NCBI GenBank assembly: GCA_964005815.1
Contig: CAXFSR010000050.1
Location: 1 to 15,683, forward strand
Length of the DNA: 15,683 nucleotides
Source of the DNA: an uncultured Nitrospinaceae bacterium
GTDB lineage: Bacteria; UBA8248
Direction of reading: 5' to 3'
The position numbers were made by a program, and so were the translations under genes. Shown here piece by piece: positions 1-8,050 of this stretch (position 1 is its first letter; every line of letters starts with the position of its first letter). The notes under the pieces are model-generated. The model made no database searches, was not told where the DNA came from, and worked only from the letters and a program-made list of their open reading frames with translations.

Positions 1-2
1 CT

Positions 3-605
3 CAACTTTATCCTCATTGGGGTAGTGGTCAAGCGTTTTCGTTTATGTCTTTTCCATCTGCAATGGGATATGCAAATCGAAGTCCAAAGAGCAAGATTAG
101 TGGAAATCAACTTGCTTGTCCGGTTCCTGCTGTGAACGTTAATGGAAAGTTGGTACGTCGTGCACCCCAAGCTGCTGGTACTGGATATATGGTTAATCGA
201 TACAGTAAGCATCCAGAACTGGCCTATTATTTCATACAATGGTTTACGGGACCGACTAAAGGAGATGAAGCAATTGCGGATCCAAAAGGTTTTTGGGATC
301 CAATGCGAAAATCTAATCTAACCAATAAGGCAGTTCTTGCAAAGCACACAGAACCTTTTGTGAAAATGACAATGAAAAATGCGAAGAATGCTATTTCTTT
401 ACTTATGATCGAAGGTAATTACGAATATTTTAATGTTTTAGATAAGAATCTTGCACAGGTGATGCAAGGAAATATGTCTGCAAAAAAAGCGGCTCAGAAA
501 ATTGAAAAAGGATGGAATAGAATCACTGATGATATCGGCCGTAAAGAGCAGATAAAATCTTGGAGAAAGAGTGTTGGAAGCGGAGCATATATAGATAAAT
601 TCTAA
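3..605 (+). CDS. ABC transporter extracellular solute-binding protein, carbohydrate (CUT1-like) family, 5'-partial
   Basis: The frame is open from the window edge (QLYPHWGSGQAFSFM...), so the ATG at 45 is internal. The C-terminus is typical of sugar SBPs (SKHPELAYYFIQWFTG...LDKNLAQVMQGNMSAKKAAQKIEKGWNRIT). It lies directly upstream of two CUT1-type permeases. Confidence 0.85.
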   Translation, partial: QLYPHWGSGQAFSFMSFPSAMGYANRSPKSKISGNQLACPVPAVNVNGKLVRRAPQAAGTGYMVNRYSKHPELAYYFIQWFTGPTKGDEAIADPKGFWDPMRKSNLTNKAVLAKHTEPFVKMTMKNAKNAISLLMIEGNYEYFNVLDKNLAQVMQGNMSAKKAAQKIEKGWNRITDDIGRKEQIKSWRKSVGSGAYIDKF

Positions 606-627
606 TTTCTATATTTTCATGCAAAGT

Positions 628-680
628 AGAATACTCACCCTGATGCAGTTTTGTATTAGGGTGAGTATATTCTTTTTTTT
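628..680 (+). terminator. Intergenic stem-loop followed by a T8 tract (intrinsic terminator/attenuator or mRNA-stabilising hairpin) between SBP and permease genes
   Basis: ATACTCACCCT (631-641) pairs perfectly with AGGGTGAGTAT (658-668). The stem extends inward with G-U pairs to a GTTT loop. TTTTTTTT follows at 673-680. Confidence 0.8.
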
Positions 681-703
681 AGCAAAGATGTGAAAGGAGA
701 AAA

Positions 704-1660
704 GTGGCTGATTCCATAAAGTCTAATAAAAAGAGAGCAGGCTTTATTACTTGGCTTGGGAAAGAAAGAGTTTTTCGACTTATTCCTTTTGTAATAGTTG
801 AAGGTTTTTTTCTTCTTTTATTGGCGATACCTTTCATCCTAACTGTGTATATCAGTCTTCTTAAGTGGAGAGCTAACCGTCCTTTTGAAAGAGCATATTT
901 TGATGGCCTTGGTAGTTATGTAAAAGTTATCACAACCGAAGATTTTTGGTGGGCTCTGGGTAGAACTTTTTATTTTGCAGGTACAGCAGTTATTTTAGAA
1001 TTATTAATTGGATTTTTTCTTGCTATGCTTGTTTATAAGAGTTTTAGAGGAAGAAGATTTTATATAACAATTTTCCTTATCCCGATGATGGTAGTGCCAG
1101 TAGTCGCAGGATATAATTTCTCTATGATATATGTCGATTCTGGACCACTGAATCAGATTTTATCTCCATTTTTAGAAATGTTTGGGATTAATCCTCGTAT
1201 AAGATGGTTGTCTCATCCTGCTGCAGCTCAATGGGCAGTCATTTTAGCAGATGTCTGGCAATGGACATCGTTAACATTTCTAATTTTTCTATCTGGTTTT
1301 AGTGCTCTGCCCCAACAGTTGACGAATGCAGCACGTGTTCTTGGGGCTAGTAGATGGCAAATATTTTTTTGGGTTCATCTCCCTCTTTTAAAACCCGCTA
1401 TTATTATTGCGGTAGTTATACGTTTGATGGAAGCCTTAAAGATCTTTGATCAAGCTGTTCTTCTTACTTTTGGAGGACCGGGAACTGCAACGGAAACCAT
1501 TGCATTCTTCTTGTGGAGACAAGTCTGGATATTCAATAAGTATAGTTTTGGAGCTGCTGCTTCTGTACTTTTACTTATTATGTTCTCATTTTTAATATTT
1601 TACGGTATTCATTTGCTGGTTCGTGAGCGAGCAATAGTTCAAGAGGAACAAAATATATGA
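704..1660 (+). CDS. Carbohydrate ABC transporter permease (MalF/UgpA-like)
   Basis: GTG start after SD AAGGAG. Multiple TM segments and the motifs IPMMVVPVVAG, ADVWQWT, EAA-like loop LPQQLTNAARVLGAS, LKIFD and GGPGTATET. Confidence 0.92.
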   Translation: MADSIKSNKKRAGFITWLGKERVFRLIPFVIVEGFFLLLLAIPFILTVYISLLKWRANRPFERAYFDGLGSYVKVITTEDFWWALGRTFYFAGTAVILELLIGFFLAMLVYKSFRGRRFYITIFLIPMMVVPVVAGYNFSMIYVDSGPLNQILSPFLEMFGINPRIRWLSHPAAAQWAVILADVWQWTSLTFLIFLSGFSALPQQLTNAARVLGASRWQIFFWVHLPLLKPAIIIAVVIRLMEALKIFDQAVLLTFGGPGTATETIAFFLWRQVWIFNKYSFGAAASVLLLIMFSFLIFYGIHLLVRERAIVQEEQNI

Positions 1661-2628
1661 AAAAGACTCTCGCAAATAATAGAAAAGATATTTCCTTAGT
1701 GAAAAGGTATAATCTTTTTTCTTATTTTCGTCACCTTATTTTGTTATTATGGTCCAGTATCGTTCTATTTCCGATTTTTTGGATGATCTCCACTTCCTTT
1801 AAAGATTCAGGTGACTGGGTGGCCTGGCCTCCTAATTGGTTTCCATCTTTTCTTGGAGGTGGTTATGAGCCTACTCTTCATAATTACCGTCAAATTTTTG
1901 CTTTTAGTTCAATGGGAGAGGAACTTAGTCGTGAAGCTACCGATCAAGCCTATACAATTTGGGGTGCTCTAGGAGACTCTGCTTCTATAGCATCCGTCAG
2001 TTCTCTTATTGCACTTCTATTAGGCACTTTTTTGGCATATTCAATTTCTCGATTTAACGTTGGGGGAAAGAATTTTAGATATATTATTCTTACTATTAGA
2101 ATGGTTCCTCCTATTGTTATTGCAATCCCGATAGTCATGTACTATGCGATCTTGATTCCTTATGCAACGGATACGTTATTTCAGATTAGATTTAGTTTGT
2201 TTGACAGTTACATAGGTTTGAGTTTGCTTTATGTCGCTACTACTCTTCCTTTTGTTATTTGGATGATGCTCAGTTTTATTGATGAAGTTCCTTATACCTT
2301 AGAACATGCTGCAAGAATTATGGGGTCAAGTCGTTTATATACGCTTAGACGTGTTGTGATTCCACTCGTTGCTCCCGGAATGGTTGTTACATTCCTCTTC
2401 ATTTTCATTTTGAATTGGAGTGAATTTCTTCTTGCTCTTACTCTCACACAACCAAAAGTTACTACCATGCCTGTTTTGCTTAATAAGTTTCAAAGTGCTG
2501 TTGAGGGAAGGTTATACGGTCCTCAGGCGGCGATTGGTACGATTATAACGATTCCGGTTGTGATTCTTGGAGTTTTGATCCAAAAGCATCTTATAACAGG
2601 TTTTAGTTTTGGAACTATAAGGAAATAA
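1657..2628 (+). CDS. Carbohydrate ABC transporter permease (MalG/UgpE-like)
   Basis: ATGA overlap with the upstream permease. Motifs FPIFWMISTSFK, PTLHNY, RMVPPIV, LPFVIWMM, EAA-like loop VPYTLEHAARIMGSS and FILNWSEFLLAL. Confidence 0.92.
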   Translation: MKKTLANNRKDISLVKRYNLFSYFRHLILLLWSSIVLFPIFWMISTSFKDSGDWVAWPPNWFPSFLGGGYEPTLHNYRQIFAFSSMGEELSREATDQAYTIWGALGDSASIASVSSLIALLLGTFLAYSISRFNVGGKNFRYIILTIRMVPPIVIAIPIVMYYAILIPYATDTLFQIRFSLFDSYIGLSLLYVATTLPFVIWMMLSFIDEVPYTLEHAARIMGSSRLYTLRRVVIPLVAPGMVVTFLFIFILNWSEFLLALTLTQPKVTTMPVLLNKFQSAVEGRLYGPQAAIGTIITIPVVILGVLIQKHLITGFSFGTIRK

Positions 2629-2713
2629 TTTCGAATTTTAAAAGTATAAATTGATTGGGTCACTCTAAGAAACTTATTAAAAATTTACAATTCATTTAAT
2701 TCATGAAATTATT

Positions 2714-2743
2714 TAGACAAGTGTAAACTTGGTGGTCTACACT
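2714..2743 (+). promoter_or_regulatory. Candidate sigma70 promoter overlapped by an inverted-repeat operator
   Basis: TAGACA (2714-2719), 18-nt spacer, TACACT (2738-2743). The imperfect inverted repeat GTGTAAAC-N6-GTCTACAC (2721-2742) covers the spacer and the -10 element. Confidence 0.4.
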
Positions 2744-2806
2744 CATCTTTATGCATTAAATAATTAATTAAACTTTTTTCTTTGATAAAAATTGAAAGGT
2801 AAAAAG

Positions 2807-4552
2807 ATGATTGAATTTAAGAGTGAAGTTAAGGATGGGATGCGTATCGATTGGAATGTGCCATTGGAAATGAAAGACGGAGTTACCCTTCGATGTGATA
2901 TTTATCGTCCAGACGATGATGGAAAATACCCTGCCATACTCACTTATGGAATTTATGCAAAAGGTGTGGCTTATCAAGAGGGATATCCATTTCAGTGGAA
3001 TAAAATGGTTGAGGATTATCCTGAAATTTTACAGATGTCGACGAATAAATATCAAAATTGGGAAGTAACGGATCCGGAGTGTTGGGTTCCTCATGGGTAC
3101 GCTTGTGTTCGTTTTGATTCAAGAGGTGCCGGTTGCTCAGAAGGTTTTATGAATCCAAATGCCCCAATTGAAATAGAAGATTTATACGATTGTATAGAAT
3201 GGGCGGGTACAAGAGACTGGAGTAACGGAAAAGTAGGAATGCTAGGTATTTCATATTATTCTAGGAATCAGTGGAGAGTTGCGGAGAAGAATCCTCCTCA
3301 TTTAACGGCGATTATACCGTGGGAAGGAGGAAATGATCCATATAGAGATTCTGGATATCATGGCGGGATATTAAGTGAATTTCAAAAACGCTGGGCAAAA
3401 CATCAGGTTGTTAATATTCAACACGGTAGAGGTGAAAATGGTTTAAAGAATCCAAATACTGGAGAATATGTGACGGGACCAGTTACATTATCAGAGGAAG
3501 AACTGGCCAAAAATCGAGTAGATGCATTCGAGGAAGCAAAAAAACATCCTTTCGATGGAGAATGGTGGGAGTCAAGAAGAGCAGATTTTTCGAAAATCAC
3601 AATTCCCCTTCTATCTTGTGCAAATTGGGGTGGTCAAGGTATTCACCCTAGAGGAAACTTTAATGGGTTTATTGAGTCATCTTCAGAAGAGAAATGGTTA
3701 GAAGCGCATGGAGATTCTCATTGGTCTTTATTCTCAAGTGCTTATGGATTAGATTTGCAGAAGAGATTCTTCGATCACTATTTGAAAGATATAGATAATG
3801 GATGGGAGAAAACCCCAAAAGTCATGCTTAATGTCCGTCATCCAGGTGAAAAATTTGAGCGTCGTGATGAAAATGAGTGGCCTCTGGAAAGGACTCAATG
3901 GACGAAATTTTTTCTGGATGCAGAAAGTAGATCCCTCAATTCTGAACCTGTTTCTAAGCAAAGTTCTGTTGAATACGAAGCGCTTGGTGATGGTGTAACT
4001 TTTTGGATGCCAAAACTTGAATCTCCTATGGAGATCACAGGACCAATGGCATCTAAATTATTTGTTTCTTCTGCAACTGAAGACGCAGATTTGTTCTTAG
4101 TTTTAAGACTTTTTGATCCTGAAGGAAAAGAAGAGACCTTTATGGGATCAACAGATCCAAACACAGCAATTGCGAATGGTTGGTTGCGTGTTTCTCATAG
4201 GGCTCTTTGTCCAGAAAAGAGTTCGTTTTACCGTCCGTATCACCCTCATGATAAAGCAGAAATGCTTTCTCCTGGTGATATATATGAGTGTGATATTGAA
4301 ATTGTTTCCTCTTGTATTGTTGTGCCAGCTGGATGGCAACTTGCACTGTCAGTGAGGGGGCAGGATTATATCTACCCTGGAGATTTAAGTGATTTTGCAA
4401 AACAATTCCACTATGGAACACGTGGAACAGGAGGAATGACTCACACGGATCCTGATAGCAGACCTATGTCTATTTATGGCGGAAAAGTTACTTTGCATAC
4501 AGGTGGTGATAGCGAAGCGTATGTATTATTACCTGTTATACCATCAAAATAG
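2807..4552 (+). CDS. CocE/NonD family hydrolase (peptidase S15 alpha/beta hydrolase with PepX_C domain)
   Basis: ATG at 2807 follows SD GAAAGGT and is preferred over the track start at 2792. Motifs MKDGVTLRCDIYRP, DSRGAGCSEG, DWSNGKVGMLGISY (nucleophile Ser), LTAIIPWEG, and C-terminal EITGP...DADLF...GWLRVSHR...TLHTGG. Confidence 0.93.
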   Translation: MIEFKSEVKDGMRIDWNVPLEMKDGVTLRCDIYRPDDDGKYPAILTYGIYAKGVAYQEGYPFQWNKMVEDYPEILQMSTNKYQNWEVTDPECWVPHGYACVRFDSRGAGCSEGFMNPNAPIEIEDLYDCIEWAGTRDWSNGKVGMLGISYYSRNQWRVAEKNPPHLTAIIPWEGGNDPYRDSGYHGGILSEFQKRWAKHQVVNIQHGRGENGLKNPNTGEYVTGPVTLSEEELAKNRVDAFEEAKKHPFDGEWWESRRADFSKITIPLLSCANWGGQGIHPRGNFNGFIESSSEEKWLEAHGDSHWSLFSSAYGLDLQKRFFDHYLKDIDNGWEKTPKVMLNVRHPGEKFERRDENEWPLERTQWTKFFLDAESRSLNSEPVSKQSSVEYEALGDGVTFWMPKLESPMEITGPMASKLFVSSATEDADLFLVLRLFDPEGKEETFMGSTDPNTAIANGWLRVSHRALCPEKSSFYRPYHPHDKAEMLSPGDIYECDIEIVSSCIVVPAGWQLALSVRGQDYIYPGDLSDFAKQFHYGTRGTGGMTHTDPDSRPMSIYGGKVTLHTGGDSEAYVLLPVIPSK

Positions 4553-4565
4553 AAAGAAAATTTTT

Positions 4566-5897
4566 TTGAAGAAACAAGCTCATATAAATTTATTTATTGC
4601 CAGTCGTGGACATCATGAGGCTTCTTGGAGGCATCCTGATTCCTCTCCATATGCTCTTACGGACATTGAGTATTATAAAGGTGTCACACAAAAGGCAGAG
4701 CAAGGCCTGTTTGATTCGATTTTTCTGGCTGACCATCTGTCTGTTCGTGGTGAAGTACGTCGGACGGCACGTACCTGGCTCGAACCAATTACAGTCCTTG
4801 CATCACTTGCAGTTTCTACCAGTAGAATTGGGTTAATTGCGACTGCATCGACTACGTATACCGAGCCTTTTAATTTAGCGAGACAATTTGCGTCTTTAGA
4901 TCATATTAGTAATGGCAGAATTGGATGGAATATTGTTACCTCCTGGTTGGCTGATGCTGCACTGAACTATGGTGACACAAGACAAGTAAGTCATTCTGAT
5001 CGTTATGAACGGGCAGAAGAATTTATGACCGTTGTTAATGGACTCTGGGATAGTTGGGCTGACGATGCAGTGATAGATGACAGGAATAGTGGAATTTACG
5101 CAGATTATGAAAATATAAACCCGATCGATCATCACGGTGAATTTTATGATGTTAGAGGTCCACTTAATGTTCCGCGATCTCCACAGGGAAGACCAGTATT
5201 TGTTCAAGCAGGTTCTTCTGAAACGGGGAGACGTTTTGCTTCTAGGCATGCAGAGGCTGTTTTTACTGCGCAGATGGAAAAGAAAACTGCACAGGATTTT
5301 TATAAAAATATCAAATCCCTTGTCCAATCAGAAGGGCGTGATATTAACCAGACTTTAATTTTGCCTGGACTTAGTCCAGTAATTGGTTCTACAGAATCTG
5401 AAGCAAAGAAAATAGCAAGAGAGTTAGATGATCTTTCAGATCCAGAAGTTGGACGTGAGAGACTTTCTCATCGATTCGGTGGAGTAGATCTTTCTCATCT
5501 CTCAATGGATGATCCTCTTTCTCCTGAGGATTTTCCTGATCCTGAAACAGTTCAAGCTGCAAGAAGCAGGACAGAAGTTATAGTGGGAATAGTTAAAAGA
5601 GAAAAGCCTACACTTCGACAGTTGCTTTCTAAGTTAGCTACTGCTCGCGGACATTTCCTTTTTACTGGGACTCCTGAGCAAGTCGCAGATCTAATCCAAG
5701 ATTGGTTAAACGATGGAGTTTCAGACGGAATTAATTTAATGCCTCCTCTTCTTCCCCATGTACTTGATATATTTGTCGATGAAGTTGTTCCGATATTACA
5801 AAAACGTGGTCTTTTTAGAACTTCTTATGAAGGAACCACATTACGTTCTCACTATGGTTTAGTTCGCCCAAATAAGAAAAAAATAACAAACGTGTGA
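4566..5897 (+). CDS. LLM-class FMNH2-dependent monooxygenase, NtaA/SnaA/DszA/DmoA family
   Basis: The likely start is TTG at 4566, because the track start at 4476 overlaps the CocE gene with non-homologous sequence. Motifs GHHEASWRHP, AEQGLFDSIFLAD, LEPITVL, IGLIATASTTYTEPFNLARQFASLDHISNGRIGWNIVTS, RYERAEEF, LWDSW, SPQGRPVFVQAGSS, GTPEQVAD and YEGTTLRSHYGL. Confidence 0.95.
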   Translation: MKKQAHINLFIASRGHHEASWRHPDSSPYALTDIEYYKGVTQKAEQGLFDSIFLADHLSVRGEVRRTARTWLEPITVLASLAVSTSRIGLIATASTTYTEPFNLARQFASLDHISNGRIGWNIVTSWLADAALNYGDTRQVSHSDRYERAEEFMTVVNGLWDSWADDAVIDDRNSGIYADYENINPIDHHGEFYDVRGPLNVPRSPQGRPVFVQAGSSETGRRFASRHAEAVFTAQMEKKTAQDFYKNIKSLVQSEGRDINQTLILPGLSPVIGSTESEAKKIARELDDLSDPEVGRERLSHRFGGVDLSHLSMDDPLSPEDFPDPETVQAARSRTEVIVGIVKREKPTLRQLLSKLATARGHFLFTGTPEQVADLIQDWLNDGVSDGINLMPPLLPHVLDIFVDEVVPILQKRGLFRTSYEGTTLRSHYGLVRPNKKKITNV

Positions 5898-5900
5898 TAT

Positions 5901-7073
5901 ATGCATAGCCTAAGAGCTAAATTAAAAGATTTTTTTGTGATTTTTTGTGTGACTATTTTCTTGCTTTTGGTTTCAAATATTTTCTTAGTTATCTTTTCTC
6001 CAGTTGTTTTTAATCAGAAATATTTTTCCAGAACGGTTATGGGTTTTTTAGATCCCTGCTATCAAACTTTTTATCATGATACTCACGATGGAAAATTCGA
6101 TAATTGGATTGCAGTTTTAGGAGACTCAAATGCTGCAGGAGCAGGAGACGAATTTATAGAAGGAAAAGAAGAGTACGGAATTTTCCATAAACTTAGGAAA
6201 AGAACAAAAAAAAATTATCTTATTTTTGCAAGGTATGGATATGGGAATTTAAGAGCTGTAAAAGAAATGAAATTATGTGTAGGACTAATCAATCAGACTC
6301 CTTTTTTGCCTAGTATCAATGACCCGAAAGAAATTATTTTTTTGTTTTATGAAGGAAATGATCTAGATAATAATTGGGCTCACCTTTCTTTTAAAAAATC
6401 TAAAAGTCTTGAAAAATTTATGGAGTCTGAATTTCATGATTTATGGAAAAGAAGAATTCGATTTTATTTCCCACTTTTTGATATTTTAAGACAATCTCCT
6501 TCACTTTTCATTTCTTCTCTAAAACGTTTTTCTCATTACATCGTAGGAGACAAGAACTATAATCGAATATCAAAGACTCTTCAGTCGAAAAATCCTTCAA
6601 TTATGGGAAGTAATAAATGGAAGAAGAATCAAGTAAAATTCTTATCTACAGAGAAAAATTTTCCAATAAGGCCGCAGAGTGCTGCGATGGAGTTAAAAGA
6701 TGATATTCATAAAGCTTTAGATGTAACATTTGCTGCCATTTCTGATTTAAAGAAAAATTTCAATAGTAGGAAAATAACGATAATTTACTTGCCTTCTATT
6801 GTTACCTCTTATAATTGGGAAGAGCCTATTTCAATTCATATATATCAATCTAAAGGCGAACTTTTGATAACAAATTCGGAGAACAAAAGGAGAAGTCTCT
6901 TTATACGTAATTCTATTAGAGAATTTGCAAAATTAAAAAACTTGATTTTTTTGGATATGACTGAGGTTATTAAAAAAGCAGGGGAAGAGGACTTTCTTCA
7001 TGGCCCATTAGATTATAATCATCTGAATGATAAAGGGTATAAATTAATTCTGAATAATTTACACCTTTTATAA
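5901..7073 (+). CDS. Membrane-anchored SGNH/GDSL-fold protein (hydrolase or acyl/carbamoyl transferase)
   Basis: N-terminal TM anchor, block I VLGDS, block II ARYGYG, block III FYEGND and C-terminal block V DYNHLN (DxxH). Confidence 0.8.
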   Translation: MHSLRAKLKDFFVIFCVTIFLLLVSNIFLVIFSPVVFNQKYFSRTVMGFLDPCYQTFYHDTHDGKFDNWIAVLGDSNAAGAGDEFIEGKEEYGIFHKLRKRTKKNYLIFARYGYGNLRAVKEMKLCVGLINQTPFLPSINDPKEIIFLFYEGNDLDNNWAHLSFKKSKSLEKFMESEFHDLWKRRIRFYFPLFDILRQSPSLFISSLKRFSHYIVGDKNYNRISKTLQSKNPSIMGSNKWKKNQVKFLSTEKNFPIRPQSAAMELKDDIHKALDVTFAAISDLKKNFNSRKITIIYLPSIVTSYNWEEPISIHIYQSKGELLITNSENKRRSLFIRNSIREFAKLKNLIFLDMTEVIKKAGEEDFLHGPLDYNHLNDKGYKLILNNLHLL

Positions 7074-7108
7074 TTTTTTTAGGTTTTAATTTGGAAGGAG
7101 GAGTTTTT

Positions 7109-7867
7109 ATGTCTATACAATTTCATTTGCAAGATAGGAAAGCATTGGTCACGGGTGCCTCCCAAGGAATTGGAAGGGGAATTGCGGAAGCTTTCATGGA
7201 ATTTGGTGCGGAAGTAATCGCATGTGATATTAAAGAAGAAGGTCTTAAAGATTTAGAAAAGAAATCGATCGACAAAGGATTGAAATGTCATATATGTACA
7301 GTAGATGTGACAGATAGATCTCAGGTTAAAGAAATGGTTTTGGAAATGGACGATAAATTAGGTGGAATCGACACATTGGCTAGCGTTGCTGGCATTCATA
7401 ATAGATATAATATTGATGAAATGCCGGATGAGATTTGGGATAGAATGATTAGTGTAAATTTAACTTCATGTTTTAATTTAACGAAACATTTACTTCCAAG
7501 AATGGCAAAGAGAAAATATGGTGTGATTATTCAAGTTGCATCGGTTGCGGGTATAGTAGGTTCTGTAACCGGAGCTTCGCATTACGCAGCTGCTAAGGGG
7601 GGGCTAATTCCGTATATACGTTCTTTAGCAAAAGAATGGGGAAGTAAAGGGATACGTGCAAACTGTATTGGCCCAGGATTAATAGATACTGAAATGACAC
7701 AGGTCATGCAAGAATTAGCAGTAAAAGCCTATCTGTCTGGTCTTCCTCTTGGAAGAATTGGTAAGCCGGAAGATATTGCAGGTGCAGCTGTATATCTTGC
7801 GAGTGATGCGTCCAGTTATGTAAATGGACAACTACTAAATGTTTGTGGTGGTTATTTAATGGCATAG
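7109..7867 (+). CDS. Classical short-chain dehydrogenase/reductase (FabG-like SDR)
   Basis: ATG at 7109 after strong SD AGGAGGAG. TGASQGIG cofactor motif, acidic residue after beta-2 (ACD, suggesting NAD), catalytic N (VNL), S (VASVAG) and YAAAK, plus GPGLIDT and PLGRIGKPEDIA. Confidence 0.93.
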   Translation: MSIQFHLQDRKALVTGASQGIGRGIAEAFMEFGAEVIACDIKEEGLKDLEKKSIDKGLKCHICTVDVTDRSQVKEMVLEMDDKLGGIDTLASVAGIHNRYNIDEMPDEIWDRMISVNLTSCFNLTKHLLPRMAKRKYGVIIQVASVAGIVGSVTGASHYAAAKGGLIPYIRSLAKEWGSKGIRANCIGPGLIDTEMTQVMQELAVKAYLSGLPLGRIGKPEDIAGAAVYLASDASSYVNGQLLNVCGGYLMA

Positions 7868-8050
7868 GATATAATGCGTAACTTCTCTTACTGCATTGAA
7901 CAGACAAAAAGAATTACGTTAATTTCGTTCTGTTTGCTTTTTTGTAACTTATTTTAAACTTCCCGTCTTTCATGTAGTATCTACCATCTATCTAGTGTTT
8001 TTGTAAGACTTTTATTATTAGCAATTTGAAGTCGTTTTTTCATAGGAGAG

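Noticed and set aside
4476..4565. Track start of the LLM monooxygenase overlapping the CocE gene
   Set aside because: The extension is non-homologous and overlaps the upstream gene by 77 nt. The family-like sequence begins at TTG 4566.
7109..7867. fabG assignment
   Set aside because: It has generic SDR motifs only, an acidic residue suggesting NAD use, SVAG in place of NNAG, and no fatty-acid synthesis genes nearby.
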